A stretch of DNA of 64,000 bases, from the NCBI GenBank assembly GCA_010015805.1, contig ML978137.1, forward strand, positions 310,001-374,000, in the 5' to 3' direction. Made by a program: the position numbers and the translations under genes. This DNA comes from Rhizodiscina lignyota (taxonomy: Eukaryota). Shown in pieces: positions 48,001 through 59,774 of the stretch (positions are counted from its first letter, which is position 1; each line of letters starts with the position of its first letter). The notes beneath the pieces are model-generated. The model was not told the DNA's origin. It was given only the letters and a program-made list of their open reading frames with translations, and made no database searches.

Positions 48001-48787
48001 GCCTCCGGGATACTATGTTTCGATGAGCAGTGGGACTAGCATTCTGAATCCGTCCGGCGATCTCTCTGGTACTCAAAGCACGCTTGCACCACAGGTTGAC
48101 CAGCTTCCGACATCATGGACCAAGTATGTCGGCCCAGCCGCTGGTGCTTCTGTTGATGAAAAGAGAATGTCGACGGCTTTGTGCAGTTCCGAAGTGCTGC
48201 TTTACTTTGGCCATGGCAGTACCGCTCAGTATATCCGACCACGCAGTGTCCGCAAATTGTGCTCTGCCGCTGGGGCAGAGGACGATATCCCTCCAGCTTG
48301 TGCAACTGCTCTTCTGATGGGTTGTTCTTCCGCAGCCATCACAGAGAATGGCGAGTTTAGTCCTCACGGCATGGTGCTGGCATACTTGGCTGCAGGCGCA
48401 CCAGCTGTTGTCGGCTGTCTTTGGGACGTTACGGATCGTGATTGCGATCGATTCAGCGTGGAATGTGGTCGGAGATGGGGCCTCTGGCACGCCGCGGACG
48501 ATGAGGATGCTCGTAAAGATACTAAAAAGAAAGGCTACAAGAAGAGGGCTAAAGATGATGTCGAGAATGCGAGAGATGCGTCGACGCTTAGCCGCTCTGT
48601 GGGAGCTAAAACGCGCTTGGACCTAAGCGATGCTCTCGATGTGCGAGGCGAGTCGGTATCCGCCCCCAAGAGTGACACGAACCTCGCAGAGGCTGTTGCA
48701 GCAAGCAGAGACGCCTGCTACCTGAAATATCTGAATGGTGCTGCCATGGTTGTGTACGGCATTCCTGTATATCTCGATTCGCATTGA
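42044..48787 (+). CDS. ESP1: Separase (peptidase C50; Esp1/Cut1/BimB)
   Basis: About 2250-codon single ORF with helical N-terminus; C-terminal protease motifs WWAEREALN, ILILDKTLHAFPWESLP, ILNPSGDL, LYFGHGS (His), LMGCSS (Cys), VGCLWDVTDRD, YLNGAAMVVYGIP. Confidence 0.97.
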   Translation: MNISIRSQNVDAVRAACSSTTCTAATVSTLQQLLQGHPTSRTIATSDDKENGKVKGPGITGKDNAVARKAPSTGKASARTKTKAATVTVAAIKEEGITDINLSQREKFALATEVFNSTLKTISDTLKAPPKPPPPQPREHERTSSPSPDHRKRRSPLTRTSSTTLHQHVLQTITNSPSRRGAPLSRRSSSILSKDGKVGPSANIVAAAECARLALVCLRGSEPSGGKLTSQLQLEQGALALIGKMLAHGLDDMAAKEMRIVKSRLRMCANGSSSQTQDSPIGQKVSRKANAPKAGVMDSREEKDKFSLSSLLQVGRIQTDSPALSLIITYLFHVLKLLSNQRRPASIEAALEHFECSDSQSLSHLLMAQLKKTKDSGKTAKQFENLARTLLSLCPSVSSTADAAAINAKTHPSPETIWRLQLQAFEARVSWWGFTKHTADVEKELWGPLAKCAAAFVRRSTSEPEKQYQRIFRGLENLKRNLKDNGAVKDSEYSPGILRVLSTAADHAGNLRDAKRWTLELRAHLIKTKMNNAHIAACDVKLTALEVEMNNSKAEAGDMELALSTAVEKLHGNLEGTAADQDLLLSETMSLRKALTRWLLRQSSENTTNLEALRSPFESCCKAIAALCHFIARYTGAAPREQDDAVLLLRFGEKCVLAKRVIKSLLDSLSLYAKGLTHQLTVNWSTLDQALCDCSRVIRELNMHDDNTLALQQPHDDGQSLVVKVSSIYWNWYVQQRRTSAKASEDSLHALRRSIDILRDGNERVRSAGGFVTKLERLGGELSSLADYKRSAHVYYEAAQALINNNVLKSIAESSEGMPIMDAWEGSPDGAMLERILKLLQHTSTRAGDESTGLSKLVAADERATKEKGVLLEWVLLSIANGKLQSINASHILGQLAVDILDVYRPDIHPLRHRRVVALLLHLSVYLGNDDSIREVVHRALPSLAEDIQDLAQDAGLAQYKQHYLATLRVAKAFVCPSPSIPTVKTSLLTWQAILDSSEVHSNVDDLTVLIQQLQMVADFLAAKGEEYLRLATLRLLEGAFSLQHQKMPCMFQLIQAQCCLSLQYVHLGYSGKAHSVLAKARDMIEALDVTLASVESRLGYYLAYSQYLHAIGDVDECKDALETAQLLAESSQGQEAFAVLSKSSSGRIRCSRLLADAAYATGICALEIGDVEAALLRTKRAVKLNRSVWASLENKPKQRPFSTSSATETDTANNSDGGMLAEGIAKLSIAAENHVLPVQSMTHEALNGPAFWSLVPSLCRAEMQMSQIYAWLGIWQEAVYHGEQAERVAEAVGSRSLLLETRSRLAEYWSRSGRVEKAEEILESALAPSYDRRNELTAVHLLCERARISGLQCETDQQNQLHSTAMSILKWLMSASFASNVDRITSDEQELERGLSGLNIGQPRRKKTPKAGEPKSRSAKSIAQKMSHSTKVLEEALSLAEVVPLAVLKNRMLRLRVTSTFSLEESSPAGTLIEECVSVAEGKEDIAQKQLMEYQMLLRKSMAEMATDLTFNVLPESTISFPALTKPRRRLSLSISHGPDSSSLAAAKGKAKSHTPKKKATRAKVVGENFVSTLQNARDCLLPVRSASLQTYSNATGRGISRALGESSLVLSAACATNVGTREDDRSSIAFFLDLSTIHGLYCEYSMIHAENAVQTKGEMLKWPRLSAPEVEVGHLPNLSSFQHDFVDILPPSWTAISLTLNDTHDELFITKYEASQSPFVLRLPMARHKSRDMDEDIFAYEDGKAELRDIIELSNFSTHSGKDMSVKGAKSKWWAEREALNARLGDLLQNIENIWLGGFKGIFAQQRRDSDLLARLQKSLQKILERHLPSRQGKKRQISSTFDSRILELFTGLGDPTLDDQPGRDLDEELMDLFYFLVDILQFNGEKNAYDEIDFDSLIVETADALSAYHQVASHSKFEAAPHTILILDKTLHAFPWESLPCLAGLSVSRLPSMEALRERLAAMHSQMERRQAILKDSIDAQQAPPGYYVSMSSGTSILNPSGDLSGTQSTLAPQVDQLPTSWTKYVGPAAGASVDEKRMSTALCSSEVLLYFGHGSTAQYIRPRSVRKLCSAAGAEDDIPPACATALLMGCSSAAITENGEFSPHGMVLAYLAAGAPAVVGCLWDVTDRDCDRFSVECGRRWGLWHAADDEDARKDTKKKGYKKRAKDDVENARDASTLSRSVGAKTRLDLSDALDVRGESVSAPKSDTNLAEAVAASRDACYLKYLNGAAMVVYGIPVYLDSH

Positions 48788-49761
48788 ATGGCTTTGGTAC
48801 GGCGTTGGAACGGCGTTGGAACGGGCGAGCTCAAGATACCCCAGAAGCTACGTATTGTTATCTGTGATTAGCATTGACGATACAATTTTTGACATATTCA
48901 ACACATGAGATTTATGACACTGCTACCATACATATCCAGATCTGGCCTCTGTTGCAATTTCTTGTATCGAAATCCAGCGCCAGGAGAAGGTAACTTTTGT
49001 TCGTAGCAATTTGGCATAGCAATTTGGTATTCACTACCCATTTACTCAAAGCGAGCCGATCCTGCGAACCACGCTTCCTTATTGGTGCTATGTAATTACC
49101 TCACTATTGTGCTATGTCGCTGCTTGCTCACTCGCTCAGCCTTCCCAAGCTTAGGTTAATTGGTTGGTTGGCGAGTACAGTGGAAGCTAGCCTAATATAG
49201 CTTAGCGTAGTTCCAATTTAAGCTTCGCACTAAACCTTCTCCAGACCACGATTTGATCCTGAGGGCTGAGACCAAGGATTCTTTCCACTACCACAGCTGT
49301 TTCAAGGCCTGCAACGATGCGGCACTGCCATGTACAACCAGTGCAAACCTACGGCACAGCAGCGAGCGCCTGCAGTGGGGTCGATGTGAGTGGCTCGGAA
49401 CGGCCTTAAACTCAGCGATATTTCACCGCTATGTACTGGGGGCCGCTGGGAGGCTGCATGTAAGTGAGGCTGTAGCCAATCAAAATGGTAGTCCTGCGGA
49501 CGTCCTTCTCATTTTCTTGCTTTCGACTCCTTCGAGGCTATGACTGTGATCGCCTTGCACTACACTCACCGGCGACGATGCTTGCGCCTTGCTGCCTCCC
49601 AATGATGGGTCCCCGCTGTGGAAGGAAGAAGGATATCTACCAGGCAGTCCTCCGTGGCACAGTTCATTCCCATCTCAACTCTTTCCCTCTGAAGTGTCTT
49701 GTTTTCATTGCACGCCTCCAACAAAAATACTCAATAAGATATTATCTCAAAGGTTGCCAAG

Positions 49762-50352
49762 ATGCAGATTGTCGCACCTATTCTCCGTTTCGTCCAGGTA
49801 AGAAGCCGAGCCCATTTGAATACCTGCTCTCTCTAATGCTGATATATACAGATTGTGTTTGCGGCCGTCGTTCTCGGTCTGTCTGTCTCTCTTGCCAAGG
49901 GGCAGGCACCAGGCTTCAGCGTCCCGGCCACAACTGCCTACAGCTCCTTCACAGGCGGATTCGGCATGGTCGTTGCACTTATCGGTCTTATATCAATTTT
50001 CGTCGAGTTCCTCCAGGGCATCGTCATGCTGGTCCTTGATGCGCTTGCCAGTCTGATTTTCCTTGCGGGTGGTATTGCGGTCGCTATCGGACTCCGAGGC
50101 GTGTCATGCGGCAATGTAGATGAAATGTTCAAGAACAGCCTTCTCAACGGCGGATGCACGAAGGCCCACGGCGAAACAGAATGCTACTACGGCCAAATCC
50201 CCGTCGACCGAACCGACCAGCTCACCGGCCGCTGCCGAAAGGACGAGGCAGACTCAGCTTTCATGTTCCTCGGCTTTATCATCTGCGCTGGCCTTGTTGC
50301 TCACACATTCTGGTTTGGAGGACGCATTGCGGGACGCAAGAGTATGGTTTAA
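49762..50352 (+). CDS. MARVEL-domain four-TM protein (Nce102-related family)
   Basis: MQIVAPILRFVQ|IVFAAVVLGLS with intron 49798-49851; four hydrophobic helices; CRKDEADSAFMF. Confidence 0.85.
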
Positions 50353-50930
50353 GCAAAGACCGATTGAGGAGAGTGACCAATGATACCCGTGATAGTGGAT
50401 GTTCACATTGTGGCTTAATTAACGAGCCTTGAGGCACCTAGCATGATTGTTACTGAGACTGTGTCTGAGCAAAAGCTATGTCGTACGCAGGCGCTGGTGA
50501 TATGACAAATGATTCTTCTGTACACGTAATATGATTGATGCCGAATTTCAATTGAACAATATCTTCCTTCTCCATTGCTGCCAGAGGTTGCATCCGACAA
50601 GCCACCCATTGAGCGTCGACCTTTTTTTTAGGGGGATATCACACGGCATGCAATGAAAAGGTATTCTGTGCTTTCCGTGAAATTACAGTCCGAAAAGACA
50701 CTTGTCCTAAATCAGCGAGCATTTCTCTGGACTCCACCAATGATAGAGTTGAAGTATATTTATCCGGCATATTAACCGGTCGAAAAAAAAGTGAAGCTTT
50801 TCATACGTCACGCCCCGCCCCGCCATATCCCGACCAAGCTATCAATTCGGCCAGCGTAAAATCATGTTGACAACTCCGGCTTCCCCCTGCGCTATAGTTG
50901 CTCCTGAGAAGCTGGTTCTTGCGATCGACA

Positions 50931-52772
50931 ATGGCTAATCCTCTTTATATGGGCTTTGACCTGAGCACGCAGCAATTGAAAGGTACACGGCTCCCCCTCC
51001 CTCCAGCAGCGACAAGCTAACAAATTTGATCAGGCATTGTAGTCGATTCGAAGCTTGTCCTAATCCACGAAGCAAAAGTTGATTTCGATGCGGATTTATC
51101 GCATTATGGCATTGAGAAAGGCGTCCTCACGAACCCGGCTGAAGGAGAGATTTTCGCTCCCATCGCGATGTGGCTAGAAGCGCTAGATCTCGTCCTTCAG
51201 CGATTGCAACAGCAAGGCTTGAAGTTCGAGGAGATACAAGGAGTGAGCGGCGCGGGTATGCAGCATGGCACAGTGTTTTGGAGTGGTGAGGCGGAGACAC
51301 TGATGGCGAAGCTGGACTCGGAGCGGCCGCTGAAGGAACAGCTTAAGAATGCCTTTAGCCATGAGTTCAGTCCGAATTGGCAGGATTCAAGTACGCAAAC
51401 ACAGTGCGAAGAGTTTGATGCCTTCCTCGGAAGTCCAGAGAAGCTTGCAGACATTACAGGCAGCAAAGCACATCACGTAAGTTGTGCCAGAAGTAGACAA
51501 TTTATTTACGAGGGAGAGAAGCTAATTGATATCAAGCGCTTCAGTGGTCCTCAGATTCTCCGTTTTCGAACTAAATACCCTGATGCTTATCAAAAGACAG
51601 CCCGCATCTCCCTCGTGTCGTCATTTCTAGCATCTGTATTTCTGGGGAAGATCGCACCATTCGACATTGGTGATGTCTGTGGCATGAACCTTTGGGACAT
51701 CCATGCTGGTACCTGGAACAAGGAGCTCGTCTCGCTTGCTGCTGGTGGCCTTGATGGTGTCGCCGCCCTTGAAGCAAAGCTGGGCACTGTGCCCGAGGAC
51801 GGAGGCGGCGCTGTCGGTCATGTCTCTCAGTATTTCGCCTCTCGATATGGATTTCCCTCATCTTGCTCCGTCATTCCATTTACTGGAGATAATCCTGCGA
51901 CAATCCTCGCGCTTCCTCTTCGCGCGTCAGATGCTATGGTCTCTCTCGGAACCTCAACCACCTTCTTAATGAGCACACCTCAGTACAAGCCGGATCCATC
52001 TTATCATTTTATGAATCACCCGGCAACAGCAGGTCTGTACATGTTCATGCTCTGCTACAAGAACGGTGGTCTGGCACGTGAACAGATCCGCGATGCCTTG
52101 AACGGTGATCAGAATGATCGCACGTGGGACAAGTTCAACGAGACAGCAATGTCGACACCTCCAATGGGAGTGGAGGGCTCAGAGAGCATGAAGATGGGAC
52201 TATATTTCCCACGGCCTGAGATTGTACCGAACGTCACTGCGGGCACGTGGCGATATACATACACGCCAGCTACGAACGCTCTTTCCGAGATCAGTAAGGA
52301 TTCTCCAGATTGGTCATATCCGTCTGCAGATGCTCGTGCTATTGTGGAGTCACAAATGTTATCCTTACGGCTGCGCAGTCAGAAGCTCGTATCACCTCAG
52401 AAGGGTCCCGATGGCAAAGATCTACCCCCACAACCCCGGAGAATCTACCTAGTTGGAGGCGGTAGTCTCAATCCCGCCATCGCTAAAATATGTGGCGAAG
52501 TCCTTGGCAGCGCGGATGGCGTCTACAGATTGGATATTGGCGGCAATGCGTGTGCTCTTGGCGCGGCATACAAGGCGGTTTGGGGGTGCGAGCGCGCCAA
52601 AGGCGAGACATTCGAGGAGCTGATAGGCAAGAGGTGGCACGAGGAGGGGTTTGTGCTGCGTGTGGCAGATGGATACAAGGAGGGTGTGTGGGAGAAGTAC
52701 GGTGAGGCGCTGAAGGGGTTCGATGAGATGGAGAAGAGTGTCTTGGCCATCGCAGGAGAGGGCAGGAAGTGA
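50931..52772 (+). CDS. XKS1: D-xylulose kinase (FGGY family)
   Basis: [51 protein letters not shown] (intron 51477-51536), [32 protein letters not shown]. Confidence 0.95.
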
Positions 52773-54937
52773 CGCTGCAGGAGAGCCCAACGAAGCGAGA
52801 CGTGGTTCTTTGCGATGAGCATTATTCCTGGCAAAGATGCCTGAAGTGTATTGGTGATACGCAGCTGCGTTTATCGCGGCACATCGCGCTAATTTAAACG
52901 TCCGCACAGCTTTGCGCATTTGTTGCTTTCAGACGAGACCATGTTCACCTTGCGAAACCCTTATTTCTGCGTAACCAATGGCTGCCCATATCGAGCCGCA
53001 GGTGCCGACGAGTCTTCCCGCGGCACAATGCGACTTTATCTTGCGGCCGACGCACGCCTGCCTCCCGCGATGAAAGTTGAGCCACTCGCCACCCGCCCTC
53101 CCTTCAATTGTGCTGCATTCAGCAAATGCCTCTCGAGCGAGATCTTCGTGGAGATGATCTGCATCCCATCTGGCATCTGCACTCCCTGGCGTGGTTCTGC
53201 AAATGGCTGCGGAGCCCATCCGGACACGCGGAAGCCCCATACGAATCATCAAGCAGGAGACCTGTCACATCTGCACGAACTGCAGCGGCAGCGCAGGTCA
53301 ACAGTCCAAAGAACTATCCAGTGAGCTTTTTCAGTGGTTTCATGCCTCCCACCTGCGCATGAAGCACGTTCTTCGCATGGGTCGTTGCTATCAATAGATT
53401 TCCGTCATGAACCTCCTGGAAAGTCATACGATATATCTTCTGAGAAGAGATGGACGACAGACAATGCTGTCAATTTAAAGTTTCGTGCTCCTTGAGCGGG
53501 AGATATCGATCTGGCGACACGGCATTCAAATGACCTGATTTCCGGGGTTGAGCAGCGTCTCCCCGAGACAAGCAGCAAACAACCACAAGCAGCTGCAGGA
53601 TGCCGTCTACAGCCGACCGACCTCCCACGATCTTGCGCACGTCTGTCACCCATCCGCAATATGCATTGCGCCCGAGCTGTCAACTCCCAAAGGAGAATTC
53701 CATTTCCAATGATCCGGTCGTCCACGTTTCCAAGGCGATCCATCCATGATCCCAGATTGCAACCCTGCGCCTGCCGTCTGTGCGGATCTTAAACCCTCAA
53801 TCAAATATACGCACAGTCGGAGTTCTCAAAGCTTCCCCCAGAGTGGATAGACTTTAAGCCTCACGGGGCACACTCAACAGACAGCCATTCACACACTCGG
53901 ATCCAGCCATCTCTTCCCTCATCAATCACAAAAGAAGGCCCCCCAGCCGTGACTGAACTTAATTGAGCGGGACTATTTCAGGGCAGTCTTCACAGTAGAT
54001 CTGCTATCAGACTAACGTTTGCCTCGCTTGACCACCATGAGAGATTCCAACGCTGTGTTAAGCCCGGGTGTCAAAGGTTCCAACAAAACAGGGGGGGATA
54101 TTTTGTCGGTAAAGGCCTCTTGCAAGACAGTGACTTCCCTGTCTGCGTAACAACGGGTTGTCGGGTTGACTTACGCGTTCCAATGCCTTGGGTGGCCTGA
54201 TGTCAGTCTTTACCAAAGTAATAGTGTCACTGCGCTGCTAGCCTGGAACTCTCCGAGTCTTCATGAGGCTCAAAATATTGGAAAAGGGTGCAAGAAATTC
54301 CTTTATTTGGCTGCTGGCTTCGCGAATGGGAACTCTTTCCACTTCCCCGTCCGAATGTTTTGACGTGGTTGTCTAATGGCCACAGCTTCTGATGACGGAG
54401 TCTTGCCGTGCATGTGTCGTTATGCAGGACCGAAATCTGTGCGATCCATCCAATCGGAACCAGAAATCGATTTGGGTTCTCGTACAGCTTTGGGGCCATC
54501 TATCGATCTCATAGTCGTTATTACCGGTACAGCGAACGATGCATTCAGTGGAGACTAAAGCACTCGTACAGCACTGGTTGCGTGTGGCTTATCGTCTAGC
54601 TGAGACCATCACTAGGATTTGCCCCTGTTCATAGCAAGGATCTCTTCAACACCATAAAGACGAAGTGGCAGACTTGTTGAGGCTCTCGTCCCTTCTCAAA
54701 ATCTGAGAATGCGAACGCAACAGGACCGAATTTACTTGAGCTTTGCTTTAGTTCAGTGCAATGGCATTGACGATATAGTAAGTAAAAGAAACCACTTTTA
54801 TCAGATAACAGACCCGCAGTGCTCGATTCCTTCCTCCTTTCGACATTTTACTATCTGCCTCTGCCGAAGCACTCAAGGAAATGAAACTCTGAAGGGAGCA
54901 GCTACCATTCTTGTAAACGAACAGAAGTCTACCTAAC

Positions 54938-56126
54938 TCACTGGTTACTACCATTCGCAATAACCACCGTAGGACCTTGAGCCTCTCCTCGGATAGTAGT
55001 TGCCTCACGATCGAACCTCACTTTCAGTCTCTTGCCTCCAACCTCGCGTCCATTCAAATGCCGAATAACTCTCCTCGCCTGTTCCACGTTGTCAAACGAT
55101 GCTGTGGCCGTCCCCTTTGGTCTTCCCGATCTATGGACCTGAAGTTCACACCTTTTCGGCTTTTCAATCTTTTTGATGATGCCTTTAAGTTCTCTTTCCG
55201 TCATGTTCCATGGCAACTCGGAAATGAAAACTCCAAGGGATTCTGTTAAGACCGTACCTGACGAAGTGTTTACTGGAAGATTGGTCGAAGAGGACATGCT
55301 ATAGCTCGGCTGTTGTGCAGCCGTAGCAAAAGCCAACTGGTGTTGGTAAGACTGGGAAACCTGAACGGGAACCACAGGAACCAAGGTCGGTTGTGTAGCT
55401 TGGGTCCAATCGTAGCTCGCCACCGGCACCGTTGCATAGGTGTAAGTAGTGATATTAGCGGTGTATGCTGGGATACTAGTCGGCTGCTGGATGTATGATG
55501 CCGCTGGTGCTGTCACTGTGGTCTGAGATGTGGGCATCTGGCTCGTTAGGCCAGCGTAAGTAGTGGCATAGTTGACCGCAACTTGTGGCGACACTGACGC
55601 ATAACTAGGATAGACAGTTTGCTCTCTGCCTGCGGCAGGTTGGCTGACATTGAATTGCCAATTGGCTTCGAGCAACCGCGCCTTCCCTCCCACCGAATGC
55701 GAAGTTTGTAGCAACGCTACTTGAAGAGGCTGTCCCCGCATGAGCGCCAGGCCGGTTTGCGTCAGACGCCCTATAAGTCAGATCAGCAAAGTCCTGGTCA
55801 GTTGCCACTACCGTGGTAATAGGTGATCCCAGTCATACTTACGGTACACCAACTCAGCGTCCTCTCTTGAACTGAACTCTGCGTTAGGGAAAGGCTTGGA
55901 GTCCCAGCTGTCCACTTTGAACTTCGGTTCAGGGCCTTTACTGGGAAAGAAGGTCCTAATCTCGTCCTTCAATTGCTGCCAGCCATAATTGGCAGAAAGC
56001 TATGAGTGTGACTATTAGATACCTGAACAACACCCTTCAACAGCAACTCACGTTCTGCATGGTAATTACAAACTTCCAATCATCTCCTGAATTGGATGAT
56101 CGCGATGACCTCGAATTGGATGGCAT
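54938..56126 (-). CDS. RRM-domain RNA-binding protein (degenerate N-terminal RRM, Q/T/Y-rich linker, C-terminal RRM)
   Basis: ATG 56126 and two introns; QN|LSANYGWQQLKD; C-terminal VFISELPWNMTERELK...KGTATASF...LNGREVGGKRLKVRFD. Confidence 0.82.
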
Positions 56127-57411
56127 GTTCAGTTCCGCAGAGTGTAACGACAGGAATGATGTTGAGATTGTTGGAGCTTAGCGCTGCAATGGAACGACGA
56201 ATGATATAATGCAGCTATCAGATGCTCGAATAAGTATGCTGAGACCAAACGGACGGATCCTGCTTGAATTGTCTGCAGTCCCACACTCTCCAGGCTACAG
56301 CTTCTAGATTTTCAAAGACATTCATTTGAATGGGAGCACAAGGAGCTTAATATGGCAGTCCCTACCACGTAACTTCTCATCTGAGCTCAATTTCAGGCCC
56401 TAAGCGAAGCCAGTTACTTTTTGAGAGGTGCAGAGAACGTTTGGCCCTTCCGGCTCCATGGTTCACATTATGCCAACCCAAATGCGGCCGTGCAGACTGC
56501 AAAGTGCTTCGGCAGAGCCAAAGTTGGACTGGGGTTCGATGCAAGATCTGTCTCTCCGCAGCGAATAATCTGGATCGAATCGATTATCGATCTACGCAGG
56601 CCCTCGAGGACGGGAGAGGTCCAAGCACGAGCCATAATGCTCCATTGCGGCTGTGAGTGAGGACAAAGAGAAATGTGATGGGAATGCTCTCCATGTTGCA
56701 GACTTTATGCGCACAGTGGACTATTGACGTACCTCTCCACCACTAGCAGCATATTTCAGCCACACTTGCAGCGGTGTGAAGCATCCCGGGAATCTTGAAA
56801 TTTGCATCTTCATTTTATTTTTTCCAATCTGACGTGCGGGGCTTTTACAGGCACTTGCAGGTGTCAACCTGGAAGGCCCGAAGCTGCATGTCTGAAGTGA
56901 AGCGCCACTAGACACTGCCCGTTAACCTGCTTCATAGTTAATACCTGCACCATGTTCCCCGGCGCGGGACGTCAGGCCTTGGTGCAGAGCCGAGCCTTTC
57001 TCGCCCCTTATACGCTGGAAGCTCTGCACATATGGTCCGACACCATCGTCGAATGGATTTCTCGTGTGCTTGAACAAACGTGTTGCTGCCTACGACGGCA
57101 ACTGTCATTTGTGTAACATAAATCCAGAAGGCCGTCGAATTATCTTTTGCGACATGGCTACCAATGACTAAATCCGTGCAACGTAGGTGTGCCTTCCATA
57201 GGACGACCAGAAGGCTATCGCAAATCTGCACTTATTCAGGAGAGGAAATGTTTCCTCCACACATGAAAAACCACTGATCTTGCGGAAGTTCCCAGACAAT
57301 CAAAGCCATGCTTTCCAAGCGAAGGCGGACATGTCGTCCACTCCCCGGAGCGAAGCTGAACTCAGGGAGCACGTGGCATGGATTCAAACTCGAGTCAGTA
57401 AGCCGTTTGCC

Positions 57412-58937
57412 TTACTCAACCTGCTTCCACACAATCAGACGCTGATCGAAGCCACCAGATACGAGCCATTCGTTTCCTCCCCCAGCTTGCTGACCGCTCA
57501 CCATTCCCGCCCACAAGCATCGGATCTTGGATCCTGATTCATGAGACTCAAGTTTGGTCACGATCTTGCCACTGGCTGAGTCAATGCCACGAATAACGCC
57601 ATCGTCGCCACTGACCCACACTCCACTGCCGTCTGGACGCCAAACAACAACAGGAGTGGAGTACTGAGTCTGTGGGGCCATCGCGTTACAACTTATGAGA
57701 ATCGCTGCCTCCTCCCTATTTTGTCGAGCAAGTTCCGCCCTTGCTCGGGAGGTCACATCCATTGTGGAGCTCTCTGTATTTTCTCCTACAGAAGAAACAG
57801 CCAAACTTGACTCTCCAGATGCCCAAGATTGAACGGCAGTTGCGGCGTCTTTTGTTGGAAATAACAGACGAACAATCAGCACTTTCATGTGCGGCATCGA
57901 GGATGTGGCGACAGCGATGAGACTAGGGTCAGCTGGACAAAGAGCCATATCGGCGGGAGTAAAGGAAACCCAGGATAATGCATGTGGCGCAAGATTCTGC
58001 CTCCCAAGCAGCTCCAAGTCGCACACCGCACCCGGGGAATTACCAATATCAGGAAGGCGGTAGTAGTGAATGAAGGTAGAGTCCCTGCGAGACACCAACA
58101 GCACTGGTCGCGTATTCTCCGCGGACAACACAAATAGAACTGCCTCCGGATTGGACAGAAGCGAGATTCTCCCCACAGGACTACCTAGAGATGGCGAAGC
58201 ATGATCCTGGCGTAGCCAATAGACAAAGACTGTTGCGTCCCAACCAGCGGTTGCAACCCACGCGCCATCGGAAGTTTCATAGGTCGCGACACGAACAACG
58301 TACTTGCGATGATCTTTTCGCTTGTCTAATACTGCTCTGCTCTGCGTTTCTGACAATACGATGTTTCCGGCCATGTCCCCATGGAGGAGATAACGGGAAG
58401 ACTGAGCGACGGAGAGGACCGGGGCCTCATTGTTACGAGAAGTGTCCAGAGTCTCTAGCGTCGCAGGGTCGGAAATGTTGACACTTCGATCCGCGGCACT
58501 AGACCAGAGAACGTCGTTGCGCGAGCCATCGGCATGTATCCGTGCGATTACTGCAGCATTGAGGATATTCGAGCTGGTTGGAAGCGAAACAGCTGTGGGC
58601 ACAGCAGGTGCTAATCCCTTGTTAGTGGCCGGTGAGCCGTGCCGACGAGAAACATACCAGGCTGCCGCCACCCTTTCGTATCGTTCGTGGCAAGCTTTTC
58701 GAAGTCGGCGGATATGTCGAAGGCCCTCTTTTCTTGCAGTAACTTCTCCAGAGTTAAACCATCCTTTGATGTTGTGCCGGCATCTGGCGGCAGTCCTGCT
58801 TCAGACAAGAATGACTTCAATGTCTGCAACCTCATTAGCGAACGGAATCTGCATGACGCATTTGGGATGAGTTGCACCTCAGCATAGTCGTTCGCCCTCA
58901 GGAATTGGGCGATAAGTATCTTCTCATCATCTGCCAT
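57412..58937 (-). CDS. LisH plus WD40-repeat protein
   Basis: LIAQFLRANDYAE|TLKSFLSEAG (LisH); WD repeats DHRKYVVRV, ATAGWD, VVWRPDGSGVWV, LVSGGFDQRLIVW; two introns. Confidence 0.88.
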
Positions 58938-59774
58938 GCTCGGAGAATAAGCCGGCTAGGTCTCCTCTGTATCTCGTGGCAAACAATGAAAGATAGAGCA
59001 GATTGATGAAGATATCCTGTCGGCTGTGGTTGATGTACCAGTTTATACTGTCGTCTCCGATGTTCCAAAAATATCTCACATTGCACGTGACCGATCCAAG
59101 CTCACGATGTTAAAGGCGCAGGTTCACGCGTTGAATTGGCTGCGAATGAGGATTGTACGGCCTGGAATTCAAGTTATAAGTATACCTAGATAAAGTCATT
59201 CTGGAATGGTTCTATTTGCACGGTTTATTATGAAATAAATGAAAACAGCATTGACCCACTGGACACTTTAACTACACCCCTGATACCAAACCCCAACACC
59301 AACATCAACTCATGGTCGGAATCAGAATGATATTTTATAAAAGATTTGCAAGTTACCATTCAATTCTGGTATCTGATGAGTAACATGACAACAGGCCACG
59401 TAACTAAAGATACTAGTTCCAGTCTTTTGATTAAGGTGACTCCTACTCTCAGTTCACCAGTAACTGAACAGTTCAAGGAGTCGTTGCTCTCGGTCGAGCA
59501 GTCGAGCACTTCGAGATTATGGGCCCAACTATCTTAGGGTTTTTCCGATGGAAAGTCTGCCCAAGATACGATGGAGTATTAGCTGGGCTGGTGTGACACT
59601 GTAACTACCCGACTCTGTCACACAACCCGTGTTCCACTGCAAGAGGCGGCCGCCGATTTGGAATGAGCGTATCGTGCCAATGATCAATCGGGATTCTTCG
59701 GGTTTCCATTTGCGTTGATGACGCTGGTAACCTCAAGGAAAGAAATAATTGTTGTGGTCTAACGTCAACATTCA

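Noticed and set aside
48799..49030. Short direct repeats (CGGCGTTGGAA x2; TAGCAATTTGG x2)
   Set aside because: Two-copy local duplications in 3' flanks; not CRISPR-like and not element termini.
52900..54700. Short ORFs between the xylulokinase and RRM genes
   Set aside because: No recognisable motifs or consistent exon structure.
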